In this document: piece by piece, positions 17,733 through 30,299 of the stretch
How positions within the stretch are numbered: the stretch's first letter is position 1
How the letters are laid out: each line of letters begins with the position of its first letter
Source of the DNA: Marsupella aquatica
Lineage: Eukaryota; Plantae; Marchantiophyta
Length of the DNA stretch: 64,000 nucleotides
Assembly (NCBI GenBank): GCA_973895155.1
Contig: OZ316895.1
Coordinates: forward strand, 18,113,880 to 18,177,879
Direction of reading: 5' to 3'
Notes under the pieces: generated by a model
Told to the model about the DNA's origin: nothing
The model's database searches: none
What the model saw: the letters and a program-made list of their open reading frames with translations, nothing else
Position numbers and translations under genes: made by a program

Positions 17733-20700
17733 AATGGATCCTGAAAAACTAATTTTTGTGAATGTCACTTCTAACAGCAATCTGGGTGTTGCTTTGGTGG
17801 ATACAGGCGCAACCGCCTGCTTCATAAGTGGGCAAGTATAACCACCGTGTCAGGAAACAGTAAATAGGAAACAGGAAACAGTTAACAATAAACAGCAAAA
17901 TAGATGAAAAAATTTTGAAAAAATTTTGAATTTTTTTTGTTTAAATTTTTGACATTTTTTTACTAGCGCCCCAAGCTAGTAATAGTAGCACCTGGCGCTA
18001 GCCAAAAATGATCGTTTTTAAAAATATTTTGAAAATTTTGAGTTTTAATGAGAAATTTTTTATATCTCATTTTGCTGATAACAGGAAATCATTTTCCTGT
18101 TTCCTGGCACGGTGTAAAGCCTCGGCGGCAACTTGTCTTGGGGTGGACGTGCAAGAGTTACTACAACCGTTAGTGTCCAAGTTCGCCAACGACACGAAGG
18201 GGATAGTGTCAAGGGTAGACTTCGGGAAGAGGTCATAGGCAAACAACAAATTTTTGTTAGTCAAGAGATGTTCTATGTTCTAGACGGTCTAGCCGTAGAC
18301 TTCATTTTGTCGGTAGGTTATCTCAGAAAGCACAATGTTACCTTGAAACCGGGGGTGAGGTGCTCCATTTTCCCAATAAGGGCGGTGAGCCCATCGTTGT
18401 ACACAAAATTACCAAAAATAAAGAAAGATTTCTTAAAGTAAGTAAAGTGTCGTGGATGTCTCCGTGTGTATCGGCGAAGCAATGGTGGAAAGACTTCAAG
18501 GGTGGACATGAATGTTTCTTCTTCCATCTCCACCCAACTAAGGAGGCTGCGTTGCAGCCAAAGGTAAAGTCAGCTAAGGTTGGGCCCGACTGCGGTCGAA
18601 TTCCTGAAATTTTAGAGGAATTCAACGACATTCTCTCGCATAAGCTACCTAAAGGTTTACCCCGCGGAGAGAAGTGGATCACCAAGTTGAGTTGACCCCG
18701 GGATCGGCTCCTCAGGCTAAAGCTCCTTATCGTCTGAACCTAAACAAGCGAATGATGTTGAAGAACGCCTTGGAAGTGTTGATCGACCAAGGGTTCATTC
18801 GCCCTAGTAAGAGTCCTTACGGGGCACCCGCGCTGTTTGTGTCCAAAACGGATGGTACTTTGAGATTGTGCACAGATTACCGGGCCCTCAATAAGCAGAC
18901 GGTAAAGAACAAGTACCCGTTACCTCATATGGATGACCTCTTTGATTGCCTCTCTGGGGCTAAGAAGTTTTCAAAGGTGGACTTGCGGTCTGGGTATTAT
19001 CAGATCCGCATGGCTAAGGGAGACGAGTATAAGACCGCGATGCGCACAAGGTTCGGATCCTATGAGTTTTTGATTATGCCGTTTGGGTTGTGTAATGCAA
19101 CCGCAACGTTCATGAAGATGATGAATACCATCTTTCATGACTTGTTGGACCAAGGAGTGGTCGTCTTTATTGATGACATCCTAATCTACTCGAAAATGTT
19201 GGAGGAGCATGTGCAATTTCTCAGAGAAGTATTCTCTCACCTTCGTAAGGCTTGTCTCTTTGCTAAACCTAGCAAGTGCGAGTTTGCGATGAACGAGATT
19301 CAGTTCCTCGGCCATACCTTTACCCCAGAAGGGATTACGCCTAGTCAGGATAAGCTTAAGGAGATCAAAGAATGGGAGCGCCCGTCCAATGTAAGGCAAG
19401 TTAGAGCCTTCTTAGGATTTACGGGGTTCTATCGGAGATACATGAAAGACTATGCGAGGACCGCGAGGCCCCTAAACGCACTAACGTTGAAAAACAAAGT
19501 GTTTGTGTGGACACAGGATTGCGAGTTAGCATTCCTAGAACTTAAGCGGTTAATGATAACGCCGCTGGTTCTAAAGTTACCTGAGATGGGGAAGCCGTTC
19601 AAGATTTGGACATACGCAAGTGATTATGCCATCGGCGCCTGTCTTCACCAAGATGGGCGTCCTGTAGCCTTCGAGTCATGTAAGTTGGAAAATCACTGGA
19701 TCACGCCGAAAAGGGAAATGTATGTTGTGATCTAGATGCGTTGAAGAAGTGGGAGATTTACCTGAAGAACGGTCCCAAAGTGGTAATACACACAGATCGC
19801 TTGCCGACCGGGTACTTCAGTTCTAAGCCAAGGCTGAACCCCAAGGAAATGCGCTAGCAGATGTTCTTGGCGGATTTTGATTTTGAAGTCCGCCACGTTC
19901 CAGGGAAGACAAATATGGCAGCGGACGCGTTATCACGTAAGGACCAACATCGTGTCAATGGGATCATGATGCTCGAATTCGAGTGGCCAAAGGTTCTGGC
20001 CGCGGCGTATGTGGATGACAGGTTAGCTAAGGAATGGCAAAGCAATGGGGGTAGTCGAGGCAAAGTAAGGCACATATTGTTGGGGTTGGATACGACGCAT
20101 AATGTCCAGTTATGGCGATACAAGCATAGACGTGTGTACATACCAGAGTCTCTAAGGTTAGAGGTTCTGCAAAAGTACCATGACTCGCCCTGGGGAGGGC
20201 ATGGAGGACAAGCCGCTACGTATTGCAGCATGTCGTGAGATGTGTATTGGCCGGACATGAAGCAATCGGTCCTTCAACATGTGCAAAGTTGTTACTCGTG
20301 CCAAAAGAACCGAACGGTCTATAGGGCAAAAGGAGGACTGTTGCAACCCTTACCAGTAGCTGCGGCTCCATGGGAGTCTATCTCCATGGACTTGATTGTT
20401 AGATTACCTGAGTCCCACGGCAGTAACTCCATCTTAACAATCGTGGATCGTTTTTTCAAGATGGCGTATTTCTTGCGTACTATGAAGATGGTTTCGGCCT
20501 GAGAGGTTGTCGGTCTAGTGTTTGACAATGTCTTCCGACAATGGGGATTGCCGTTGCATATCCTGTCCGACCACGATACCAAGTTCACGGGCCATTTCTG
20601 GAAGGCATTGTTTCGGTTATCCGGAACAGACCTGACTAGGGGATCAGCGTATCATCACGAGATAGATGGCCAAACGAAACAGGTTAATGGTATCGTGGAG

Positions 20701-21453
20701 GACTACTTGCGTCACTTTGTGATAGCCAATCAAAAGGATTGGGCGAAGCATTTAACAATGGCCGAGTTTAGGTATAACTCGACCAAACATTCGGCGACGG
20801 GGTTTGTGCCGTTTGTGTTGGCCACAGGGAGGATGCCAAGGGCGCCCTCCTGGTTTATAAATCCGGAAGCTTGGCGGACGGAAAGCAAGGTTCCTTCTAT
20901 GGACAATTTTATTTGAGAGCGGCGCCTAGTTGTGGAAGCGGCTACCAAGGGTATGACCCTTGCCCAAAGTTGGTACAAGCAGCAAGGGGATAAACATCGA
21001 CGCCAGGTAAGCTTTGAAATTGGGGAGAGCGTCTGGTTGCAGTTGAGACCTGAGCAATACCACGGGAACATAAGTAGGAAGCTGGCTCCCAGATATGCGG
21101 GGCCCTATCGCATTATACGATGGGCCCACAAGGATAATCCGGTTTCGGTGGTGTTGGAGACACCCAAGGAAATGGGCGTGGGCAAAAGCTACCATGTTAG
21201 CCGGCTCAAGAAGTTTGTCAAAGACGATGATCCCAACCGGGATCAGGTCTTGCGTCCGGACGCCATGCTGGTGGAGGACGCTGAGGAGTTTGAGGTGGAG
21301 GCAATTCTGGACCACCGTTACAAACGCAAGTTGGGAAGGCAAATCTTAGAGTATTTGGTGAAGTGGGCTGGCTATGATCAGGCCGAGAGTACTTGGGAAC
21401 CGGAGGAAAATTTGGGTAATGCCTCAGAGATCCTTGGAAGCTATCGTAAGTGA
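17733..21453 (+). pseudogene. pol: Chromovirus pol pseudogene
   Basis: ALVDTGATACFIS (protease, ~17790); 18674..19735 RT/RH (FIDD); 20242..20916 integrase (WESISMDL, SDHDTKF); 20932..21453 chromodomain EEFEVEAILDHR...YLVKWAGY...STWEPEENL. Multiple stops and frameshifts. Confidence 0.9.
17843..18114. mobile_element. MITE inserted in the chromovirus protease
   Basis: 18-bp TIR CACCGTG(T/C)CAGGAAACAG with an AT-rich interior. Protease-like coding resumes after it. No clean TSD. Confidence 0.7.
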
Positions 21454-21910
21454 AGCGGCCTACCACCGTGGTGAACTGGTACAGGCAGCTGTAGCTACCC
21501 TTGTGAGTTGTATCCTAGTTTCACTCCTCTTGGCCTCTTAAGGATAAAATTGGATTGCGTGGGTGCTAGAGGTTGTTGGGCGGCCAATTTGCTTTTTGCG
21601 AGTGGAAGTTGATGGTGCCCGCCCTACATTTGTGGGCGGGCTAGTTCAAACCAAAGGGGAGCGCCCCAAGGGGAGGATATTGGGTCCGATGAGTTTGGAT
21701 TTAGCTTACTTGTTTGGACTGGCATCCTACTTGGATAAGTGGGATAGGTTGGAATTTCCTAAGTTTGGAATGCGCATACCAACCTGGTTTGCATCAGCCT
21801 TATGGGCAAACCATTTGTTACCTCATACAACTTTTAAAAGGCCCAAAGTGGTCTAGGCGTGTTGGAACGTTTACTGAGGTCACGCGGATGTGACCATTTT
21901 TAAGGGGGGG

Positions 21911-23392
21911 TGCAAGTCGCGGTACTCGACTACCTTAACACTTAGCTCCGGCGTCGCTGACTCTGACGCCGAGCTCCCTTATGGTCCAGGCCCAGATAGG
22001 CCATCCGGAGAGGACTTAGCATGGGGAGACTTGTGGGCAATGAGATGTAGCACTAGCGAGGCAAGGGGCCAATCTGGGGACACACACTAAGGACTTGGAC
22101 TAGCCTATGGCTGGTCGGGTCAAGGGAAAATGGGCCGGGCTCAAGGATGGCCGTCCGGACCGACGGATGGACTTTGAGTTCTGAGGGCTTGGGAATGAGC
22201 TCCTCTTGGGCCCAAGGCCAATGGAGTTGACGCCATTGGCAACGGACGCTTGGGGCGCAAGTTGTGGCCGATCCGGGTTGGGCCGGTCGGGGGCCCCAAG
22301 CGGCGATCAGACCTGAGGGCCTAGGCATGAGCACTGGGTTGCCCCGGTCACAACGGGCTAAGGCACTCCGCTTGCGGATGCCTATCAAGAAAGTTATGGG
22401 CGTTGCCAGTTGGTGGCGCGCCCATTATGCGCGATGGGATCCGGGTTGGGGGCCAAATGATTAGGGACCAAAGCTGGTTCGGGGGTGGCAGGTCCCCAGA
22501 AGCATATATGAGGGGAGTGGTGTCTCCCTAGGGGCTAAGGGCAAGCCGAAGTTGTGAGCCGCGGCGGTCGCGACACTAAGGGAAACCGCCAAACGGAAAT
22601 GGCGATATCTTTCGTTGGAGGACTTCTTGGGTTTGTTGGAAAGCTCTTGAGGAGGGCTGCGCCCTCTTGAGCTCAGATGGGTCCAGGGGTGCCATGGGTT
22701 CTCGTGGTTTGCGGATGTTAGCTCGCCCGCTTGCCAAATCCTGCCAAACAGCAGCCAAGCCGCGTTCAGTCTCCCAAGGGAGCTTGCATTGGGGAGGCAA
22801 GGCCAAGTAGGTATGGAGGCTGAGTCCCAAGGGTGCTCGGTCCCTAGAACATCAATGGGGCAAACCGGGAGCGGTTGCTAGAGTCGGGGCCGTTCTGGTC
22901 CCAGTGTGTTGGGACAAGCTTGGGACAAGCTTTAGGACAAGCTACGCTATTTGGGCCATGAGCATGTCCTGAGGTCAGGGCGGTCAGTTGGTGATGGATG
23001 GGTACGAGGGGGAACCCGGGCCGCGCCCAAGGAAGGAGCTGTCCTGGACGGACAATGGGCGTGGGTTCTGGTTCCGGCTTATGGCATCGGGAGGACCTAT
23101 TGCTGACCTATTTACCAACGTCTGTTGAGCTTGAGTTAGGATGCTAGACTTGGCGAGTTCTAGATCCGGAGGGGTTACTTACCGAGGTGCTTGGTTTCTT
23201 GTGCAGATAGTGAGGACCGTTGAGTAGCGGTTGTGTAGGCGAGCAAGTGCGGCTTTGTATGGGAGGGGCCGCAGGTGGTGCTAGAGGCACTCGGATGTTT
23301 GCTCGACGTATTCCGTGGAGGTGCTCGGGCACCAAGGGCACTTAGGCGCAAGTGCTGGGATTGGTGAGGGCGCTGGGTGGTGAGGTCCACCA
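21911..23392 (+). repeat. Chromovirus 3' LTR (~1.48 kb)
   Basis: TG start after the PPT. Collinear similarity with 39288..40748 ends near GGTCCACCA. Confidence 0.65.
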
Positions 23393-24341
23393 CTTGGTGG
23401 GAGGATGAGTCCCTCTACTCGATCTAGCCAAGAGAACGGATCCCATCAAATGGATACTTCCCCCGAGTTTCACACTCTTGGGATCCAGGGCCAACGCTTT
23501 CTTTAATCCAAAGTACCACCATCCGTAGGCATGCTTCGGGTGGTTTTTGATGTCATTGGCAATAGCCAACTGATCCCCACTTACCACTTTGGATTGGCCA
23601 CGACAAAGCACCCGTTAGTGTATCTTGGCCACAAATCCCTTGTACCCTGGTTACCTAAAGGATGAGAGGGGAATGTTGGTTATGGAGGTGGGATCCTTCA
23701 CCACCTCTACAAGCTTCTCCAACGTGGGTACCCCTGGTGGATCCACCGGCTGCAATGAGAAGTTTTGGTTATTGAGAAACTCTAATTGGACTAGTTTGGT
23801 GTTGGGGATCAAACGTCGTGTGCAATGAAAGTGTATCCCCTCCGTCCGCAACTCCATTCTTGCCCAAATGTCCCAACTCCTACCCGGGGGAATTATGATC
23901 TCCAACCTCATGAAATCCGTGAGACGGGTGGCCTGGAATATTTACTTGCACTCCTCCATCACCTTGGCAGAAGTCCGGGGGTACACTCTACGGAAAACCT
24001 TCCTCGCAACGGATGCGTTACAGGTGTCCGGTCCGGTATTCATGGCTGCTAGTCTCCCTTCTCTCTCTTCAACAATCCGTGACGCAATGTAGTCCCGGTA
24101 AGTGGCCTTGTATTTACGGATACAGGCTGCACTGAACTTCGACTTCTCCAACGACGATCTTATTCACATTCAGTTCACAACAATTTCTCTCGTCACCCGT
24201 AACCCAATGCAATCCTTGGCCTGAAAAAGCCCGCGTGACACGATTGAATGCCCACAACCAGACTGTCAATTTCTGTTTCCCTTGGCCCAAGCAGCCCCTG
24301 TAATGCGTCTTGGGTCGCCTCCGCTTCTCCGTCAAGAGCAC
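23393..24341 (-). pseudogene. Decayed ORF, probable distant homolog of the LTR-encoded protein
   Basis: ORFs 23942..24151, 23651..23911 and 23342..23611 share one frame broken by stops. IFQATRLTDFMRL and NIPLSSFR*PGYKGFVAKIH*RVLCRGQSKVVSGDQL align by eye with FMAGSGLEAFVRL and NGFFRNTCTNPHIGEMIDFLRVTMHCNFPRAEIGKAQV. Confidence 0.5.
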
Positions 24342-25500
24342 CCAACTGATGCCGTCACAAGGACCCCAACCACAATGAACACTTAACCTCCCTCAAGGAG
24401 AGCTTTCAAAAATGTGAGGGAGGAAAAGAGAATGCATTCGGAAATGTGGAAGGAGGAAGGGAGCTTTTGGCAATGGGGAGAGGAAAAAAACGCTTTCAAA
24501 AATGGGAAGGGAAAGAATGTGTTTTCAAAACCCGAAAACTCCCTCATCCTTATACTCGCTCCTGCTTGTGGCTCCCTCTTAATGGCCTTGGCACTTTCCT
24601 TGGAGCCGGGGCCTTGTACCTGCCCTCCCAGACGAGCTCCCAGATCCTGCTGTACCTGCCCTTTGAGTATCTGGGGTTTAATTTCCCCTTGCCACCCTTA
24701 TTACCTGCTTGCAAGGCCTCCCCCAAGTGCAAGGAGCCTCCAAATCCTGGGTGGCTTTTATTAGCCTCTTTACCAAATGGCGCGAGGCCCTATGGCCTGC
24801 CCCCAACTTGTCATTCCTCCCCCCGGTACCTGCTCACCCCAAGATTCGGGGAGCTTTAATGCCCCCCAATCTCTTGCCCCTTGGTACCTGCTCCTGCCCC
24901 AGGCCTGGCACCTATCCGCGAGGCCTCCCACAGGTGCAGGGAGACTCCAAATACGGGGAGCCCTTATTAGGCCCCCTCAACTTCTCCTTCGTCAACCGGC
25001 TCGCAGCCCTATGGGTGCCCTTTATGGCTGTCCCCTCCTGACTCGCTCCCTAGTCCCGGGAGCTACTAATTGCCCCCTGAGGCCTCCCTAAGGATGGGGG
25101 ATTAAATTTCCCCACCCCTCGCTGCCCCTTTGCCCTGGCGCTTGTGACGCCGCCGGTACGGCGGTTAATGAGTGATTCAGTCTAACTGCGCTCGGCACGC
25201 GCATTAGGTGGGTCTTAGGCCGCTATTATTAGCATAACGACAGTATTTAGGTAATCATTAGGGGTAGGACATCATTAGGCAATAAGGGGGACTTCAGGTT
25301 CGGGCTGGCGGCGGGTCGCTATTCGCACACCCGGGTTACGAGCGTGGAGGGGCCCCTCCCTCGGGTCCGTATAACGAACTTAAGGAAGCGGCCACTGACG
25401 CACGCTGACTCAGACCGGCGGAGTGGCCGGTACACCACAAGCGTGAGCGGTTCAACCTATGGGCGTCGAGGAGACGTCGGGGATCGACAAGCCCTCAAAG

Positions 25501-25507
25501 TATAAAA
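25501..25507 (+). promoter_or_regulatory. TATA box candidate upstream of the solo-LTR gene
   Basis: TATAAAA followed by a CT-rich stretch, about 100 nt before ATG 25609. Confidence 0.5.
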
Positions 25508-25608
25508 GGGGAGCCAACCCTTTGTAGTGCACCAGTCCATCAGTCCGTGCGCCAGCTTCGACCCCAGCTCTCTCGTTCTCTCTAGGTCGCCACTACTATC
25601 TCCTCTGA

Positions 25609-25971
25609 ATGTCGCACACGATCCTCTCCAGCTCGGCCATTCGATTCTGGACGCAGTTCCTATCTACCGGAAGGCACTTGGCCGATTCATTGAAACACGC
25701 CAACCCGCGCCGATACGAGATCGAACGCGAATACGAGAGAGCCATCCGCCTAGCAGGACGACACCACTACGTCCTTAACTTTGACTACCCGTCTCAGAGC
25801 GAGCTTTACCGACCAGCTGAGGTATCTGGGTACTTCTTCAACGGAGACAAATATCGGGTTCTGGGAAGCATTGCTTCGGCTTCCGGACGAGGTCTTCAAT
25901 ATCCCGGGTACAATCGACCTGTAGCGACATCACTTCGACCACATCCCTGCCCAGGTTTGGGCTGTCATTAA
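25609..25971 (+). CDS. N-terminal segment of the solo-LTR protein, frameshifted from the main ORF
   Basis: MSHTILSSSAIRFWTQFL...NPRRYEIEREYERAIRL aligns with MSNVNQAAHFWGCLF...EPERAAREWQELARL of the 1093-aa protein. Confidence 0.55.
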   Translation: MSHTILSSSAIRFWTQFLSTGRHLADSLKHANPRRYEIEREYERAIRLAGRHHYVLNFDYPSQSELYRPAEVSGYFFNGDKYRVLGSIASASGRGLQYPGYNRPVATSLRPHPCPGLGCH

Positions 25972-26002
25972 CGGCGAGTCCAGTACCAACCGTTCGACAA
26001 GG

Positions 26003-28255
26003 GTGTCCGCACTCGCTTCGGAGAACTTCTACCAGCATCTACAGAGCTTCATGGGAACTCGGCCATCAACCAACATGACCAACTCAGCCGGACCCGTACC
26101 CATACCCGTACCCGTACCCGTGCCCATGCAACCTCAGCTTCAGCTTCAGCCTCAGCCGCGGCCTAGCCAAACCCCACCACCTATCACCCAGCCAGCACAG
26201 GTACGCTCCGTCATCAACGCTGTGGATCTTAGCGATGACGACGAGGCTACCCCACCCTTGACCAGGCGGCCCAGAGGAACAAGCGCTCGGGGGGCCGACA
26301 CTATATCATCCCCACCCCCTGCTCTGACCCCAGGAGCGGCCCCAGCAGACAACATGGTGACCGTGGCCGCCCCGGGCCCGTTACCAACCGCAGTGGCACT
26401 CCCCAGGCCCGATCGGGAGGATGGGGAAGTATCACCTTCCCCGAGTCAGTCACGGGGAAAGAAGAGGAAGGAATCCGCCAGTGCATCCGGGTTACCGTTG
26501 GCCACGGTAGCCGTAGCCAAGGTAACGATGCATCGCATGGGGGAAAACGTTCACAGCAACATCCTCCATCCCAAGCATGCGGTGTACCTGAAGACTCAGG
26601 GATTTGAGCACCTCGCCTCTCTCCCCTGGAACACTTGCAGGTACTACAGGGAGGACATGACAGAATTCGTCAAGAATTATGACGACGTACGTCAACAGAC
26701 TCGGCTGCGGGGAAGGAATATGTCCCTCACAGAAGAACGGCTCAAGATGATCTTCGGGTTACCCGAAGGTGACCATCGAGTCGAATCACGGGCTCCCGGG
26801 GGCAAGGGGGCCAAGTACCAATCTTCAAGTTTTCCCTCAGAGGGATCAGTGGACAACGGGTTCGTGATGAGGACCTGCCTCATGCCCGAGATAGCTGAGC
26901 GGCTGGAGTTCCAGAGGTACGCTCTCCACATGATGGAACCCCGGGGGGAGATCTCCGTTGCCCAGGTCATCCAGGTCGAGAACTATCGACCTAGGAAATG
27001 GGCGTCGTACTTCGCTAAGAAATTCCATGAAGAGATGGAGCCGCGAAGGAAGACGCTGTACATTGGCGGGAAAGCATATTTCGCTAGCCACATCGAAATC
27101 ATTCTTGAGTGGTACGCCCGGTTTGATCGACGAACCCTTCCCCGCATCAACGTTACAAAGCTGGTCCCAGCTAGGTGGGTTTTTCCGGCATTGGAGCGAC
27201 GGCCCCAACCCGAGGCCCGAAGTCCAGTGGACACGCCAGCTTCACCCACCCCACCTCCACAAATAGCTGTAATCGTAACCGAGGAGGCGCCGGAGGGGTC
27301 GGTCATCGCAACCGTTGATGCGACCCAACTAGCCGGGCTAAGTACAGAAGTTGGTACGGCAGAGGTCTTACCCGAACCCGGGTCTCCCAAGGACCCGCCG
27401 GTGGCAATTCCGGAGAACCGGACATCGCTGCATGAGGACACTCCAGCCCCTTCCAACGTTATGTCCCCAGGGCTGGACGTCACTGCCCCGGCCCCTGCAC
27501 GTGTTGATGTCTGCCCGTGCCCAAATCCGGACAGGCACAACTTGGACCACCCGGAACTCTTCATACAGGGTACGTTTCTGAACGGGCTTCTGGGAGATTT
27601 CTCTCATCAAATTGCCCGGGATACCGGGGAGTTCATGGCCCGGAAGGTAGCCTGTTTCTTCAATCAGGAGTTGGTTGCCGCCGTAAAGGCAGGTCGGGCC
27701 CAGTCGGAGGCCCTTCAGAGGATAGAGCGGTACCGGGTGGAGTCCGTGTACCTAAAGAACGAAGTGGCAGCTCAAGAGGCTGAGCTTCTGCAACTACGAC
27801 CCAAGGTTGCAGCCGCCGATGAGTTGTTAGCAAAGGCGTACGCTCTTACCGCCCTAGCCGAACAAGCCAAAGCTGGGAACGAGGCCGAGATTACACGACT
27901 CCGGAACCAGATTGACAGTTTGAAGAAACAAGCTGTCACCTGGCAGAAAGACCTGGAGGAGGCCGAGGAGCGAGCCCAGCGGGACGCGACGGAGATAGCC
28001 ACGCTGCAGGCCGAGATGGCGCGGCTCCAAACCGAGGCCGAGAAGCAGGACCAGCTGGCGAGTAAACTGACGAGCGACGCCCAGCAGCTGGAGGAGGCAT
28101 GTCAGGAGGCAGCAGAGGAGACGGACGCGGCGAGGCGAGAGAACGAATCTCTACTGGACCAGGTCCAGCTTCTCAAAGCGGACAATGACAGGCTTCGAAG
28201 GCAGCGGGATGGCCGTTCCCATTCGGGCGGCTCTGGCAAGCGTGCCAGGCATTAG
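26003..28255 (+). CDS. Solo-LTR-encoded protein (750 aa open): PMD/plant-transposon-like domain plus coiled coil
   Basis: GFEHLASLPW...EFVKNYD...TRLRGRNMSLTEERLKMIFGLPEG...NGFVMRTCLMPEIAERLEFQRYALHMMEPRGEISVAQV matches the 9105..12386 core. C-terminal heptads. Confidence 0.85.
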   Translation: MSALASENFYQHLQSFMGTRPSTNMTNSAGPVPIPVPVPVPMQPQLQLQPQPRPSQTPPPITQPAQVRSVINAVDLSDDDEATPPLTRRPRGTSARGADTISSPPPALTPGAAPADNMVTVAAPGPLPTAVALPRPDREDGEVSPSPSQSRGKKRKESASASGLPLATVAVAKVTMHRMGENVHSNILHPKHAVYLKTQGFEHLASLPWNTCRYYREDMTEFVKNYDDVRQQTRLRGRNMSLTEERLKMIFGLPEGDHRVESRAPGGKGAKYQSSSFPSEGSVDNGFVMRTCLMPEIAERLEFQRYALHMMEPRGEISVAQVIQVENYRPRKWASYFAKKFHEEMEPRRKTLYIGGKAYFASHIEIILEWYARFDRRTLPRINVTKLVPARWVFPALERRPQPEARSPVDTPASPTPPPQIAVIVTEEAPEGSVIATVDATQLAGLSTEVGTAEVLPEPGSPKDPPVAIPENRTSLHEDTPAPSNVMSPGLDVTAPAPARVDVCPCPNPDRHNLDHPELFIQGTFLNGLLGDFSHQIARDTGEFMARKVACFFNQELVAAVKAGRAQSEALQRIERYRVESVYLKNEVAAQEAELLQLRPKVAAADELLAKAYALTALAEQAKAGNEAEITRLRNQIDSLKKQAVTWQKDLEEAEERAQRDATEIATLQAEMARLQTEAEKQDQLASKLTSDAQQLEEACQEAAEETDAARRENESLLDQVQLLKADNDRLRRQRDGRSHSGGSGKRARH

Positions 28256-30299
28256 CGGCAGAGTAGGAATAGATTAGGATTAGGATTGGCTTAGTCAGGC
28301 TCTTGGGACAGGCACCTGCCTTAGGTACAGCAGCGCTGCCCTGCTGTCCAGCCTGCGTAGATTAGGATCTTCTAATAAGACACAGCCGTTTTCCGGCCTG
28401 ACTGTCAGCTTAGTTAGGACCTTGGTCAGCGGATCTTCGGCGGGAGGACGCCCCGTTCCTCGGCTCTTTGTATTTAGTGCACCCCTCGGTAGAGGCAGGG
28501 GGGGTTTTTAGTTTTAGAGTCGGATATCCGCGGGACATGCGGGGAGTCCCGACCTCTGGGAATGACAGAGTACCAAGGGGAGGGGGTAGGACTAAGCTCG
28601 CCGGGCGAGTGCGGAGCCGGGCTCCGTTGTAGTGTGCACCCTTGGCCTTGAACCTGTGCATTCCAAGGCTGTCGTGTCAACTAAGTGTACGCATATGTTC
28701 CCTTTGTAGTAAAATCCTTTCCCATCATTTTTCCTTCGTGTAAATCGAGATTGTATGCATGTGTGCGCATATGTGTGTGGGTTTCTCGTATATGGGTGGC
28801 AGTGCCGGGCCAAACGCACTACCCGAGACGTGCACAGGGTGCAGCCTGCGGGTAAGTGGTTGCGAGCACGGGTTGAGGACCTGTATCATCGAATCCGGAT
28901 CGAAGGCGGACAGCACGAAGGCTTAGAAGCCCTTAAGCCGGGGTCGATCCTGCTATCGACTAAGGTACGTTCCGGCGGCGGAACACAAACCATACCTAGG
29001 AGGTGTCCGTATTTAGCAGTATGCGCACTTAGCGCTAGTTTACGAGAATAAGGTGCATTACGTGCTTCCCTTCCTGCCCGAACCCTCAGATTTACGAGGG
29101 ATGTGCCCGTCTAAGCTGAAGTCTGAGTTAAGGCCGAAGCCTACGATGTGACAGTGCTGACTCACTTCCTTGGGCTGTCAGGGCCCTTACCCAGCTCTTT
29201 CCTCCCGGGTCTCCCTCCGGCTCGCTTCCCTGCCCTCTGCTCTTGGCTCACCTCCCTACCCTCTGCTCCCGGCTTGCCTCCCTATGCCTTGCTGCCGGGC
29301 TCCGCCCTCCTCTGGCCCTCCCCTACCGGGGTTCACTGCAAGTTGGGCCTCCATTGCCGGACCCAGCTGACCTTATGAGTTCCCGGGCTTGGGATTCCAT
29401 GTGGCAGCCTCCGGGTTGCCCCTTATGGGCTCCCCTTCTCCTACCGGCCTCAACAAAAGGGGCTCTAATCCCCCCAAAAGCCCTGTACCCTAGCCGGGAC
29501 TTAACCTGCCAGGGTACTCTATTTTCACGGCATGGCCGTTACTCCCCGGCTCCAAGTCCACCGACCCTCCAATGCACACCGTGAACACACAGAATCGTCT
29601 CATTAACTGAGTTATGAAAAAAATTTAAAAATAAGTGGGAAATAGGATATTTACATGTGGCTTATCTACATCAAAAACACTCCGTAACCAATTAAGGTTG
29701 GTCTTTGGGGACGGGGACCCTGTCACAATCTATAAAACCAAGTCTATCAAGGGTTGGCCAAAATTGGCCCTTATGGAGTGCGTTAGTTAAAGATTGCACC
29801 TCTATCAGAGGGACCAACAGCTTCCTCATCACCACCAAGTTCCATCGTAAGGGGTTCCTCAACCAGTTCCTCTTGATTATCCTGGGGTCTTGACAATTAT
29901 TCTTTGTAGAAAAACAACAATGATGCTCACAATTGCCTTGCAATCGACAGGATCCTACAATGGAGAAACTCCTCAAGAAACTCTTGCAGGATCTATATCT
30001 CATGAGAAAGTACATGTGAAGAATGAGGAAGAGAATGTTGTCCCTCCAACCTATATCCCCCAATATCCCCCAGGGGGTCAAGATGTGTGGGCCTAATCTA
30101 AGTGGACTTTATCCTAATGTAATCTATGGTTAACTAACCCTAGTAAGGCCAAACTAACTAGAAGCCAAGAACTTGAGTCAATTCCTAAAAGGTTGATCCC
30201 TTCCTATCAAGATGTTGCCCTACTTTGGCTCATAAGAACACAAACCCAATTGGATGGACACAAAAGAAAGGAACAAGTAGACCCTAATATCCAATCTAG

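Larger units (their letters stand above)
17733..23392 (+). mobile_element. Decayed chromovirus (Ty3/Gypsy); gag and 5' LTR not seen
   Basis: PR-RT-RH-INT-chromodomain fragments, PPT TTTTAAGGGGGGG ending at 21910, then an LTR starting TGCAAG at 21911. Confidence 0.85.
25143..29153 (+). mobile_element. Solo LTR (4011 bp) carrying a protein-coding gene
   Basis: TGTGAC...GTGACA termini. 5-bp flanks GCGCT (25138..25142) and GTGCT (29154..29158) differ by one CpG transition. No gag/pol. Similar C-rich host sequence on both sides. Confidence 0.75.
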
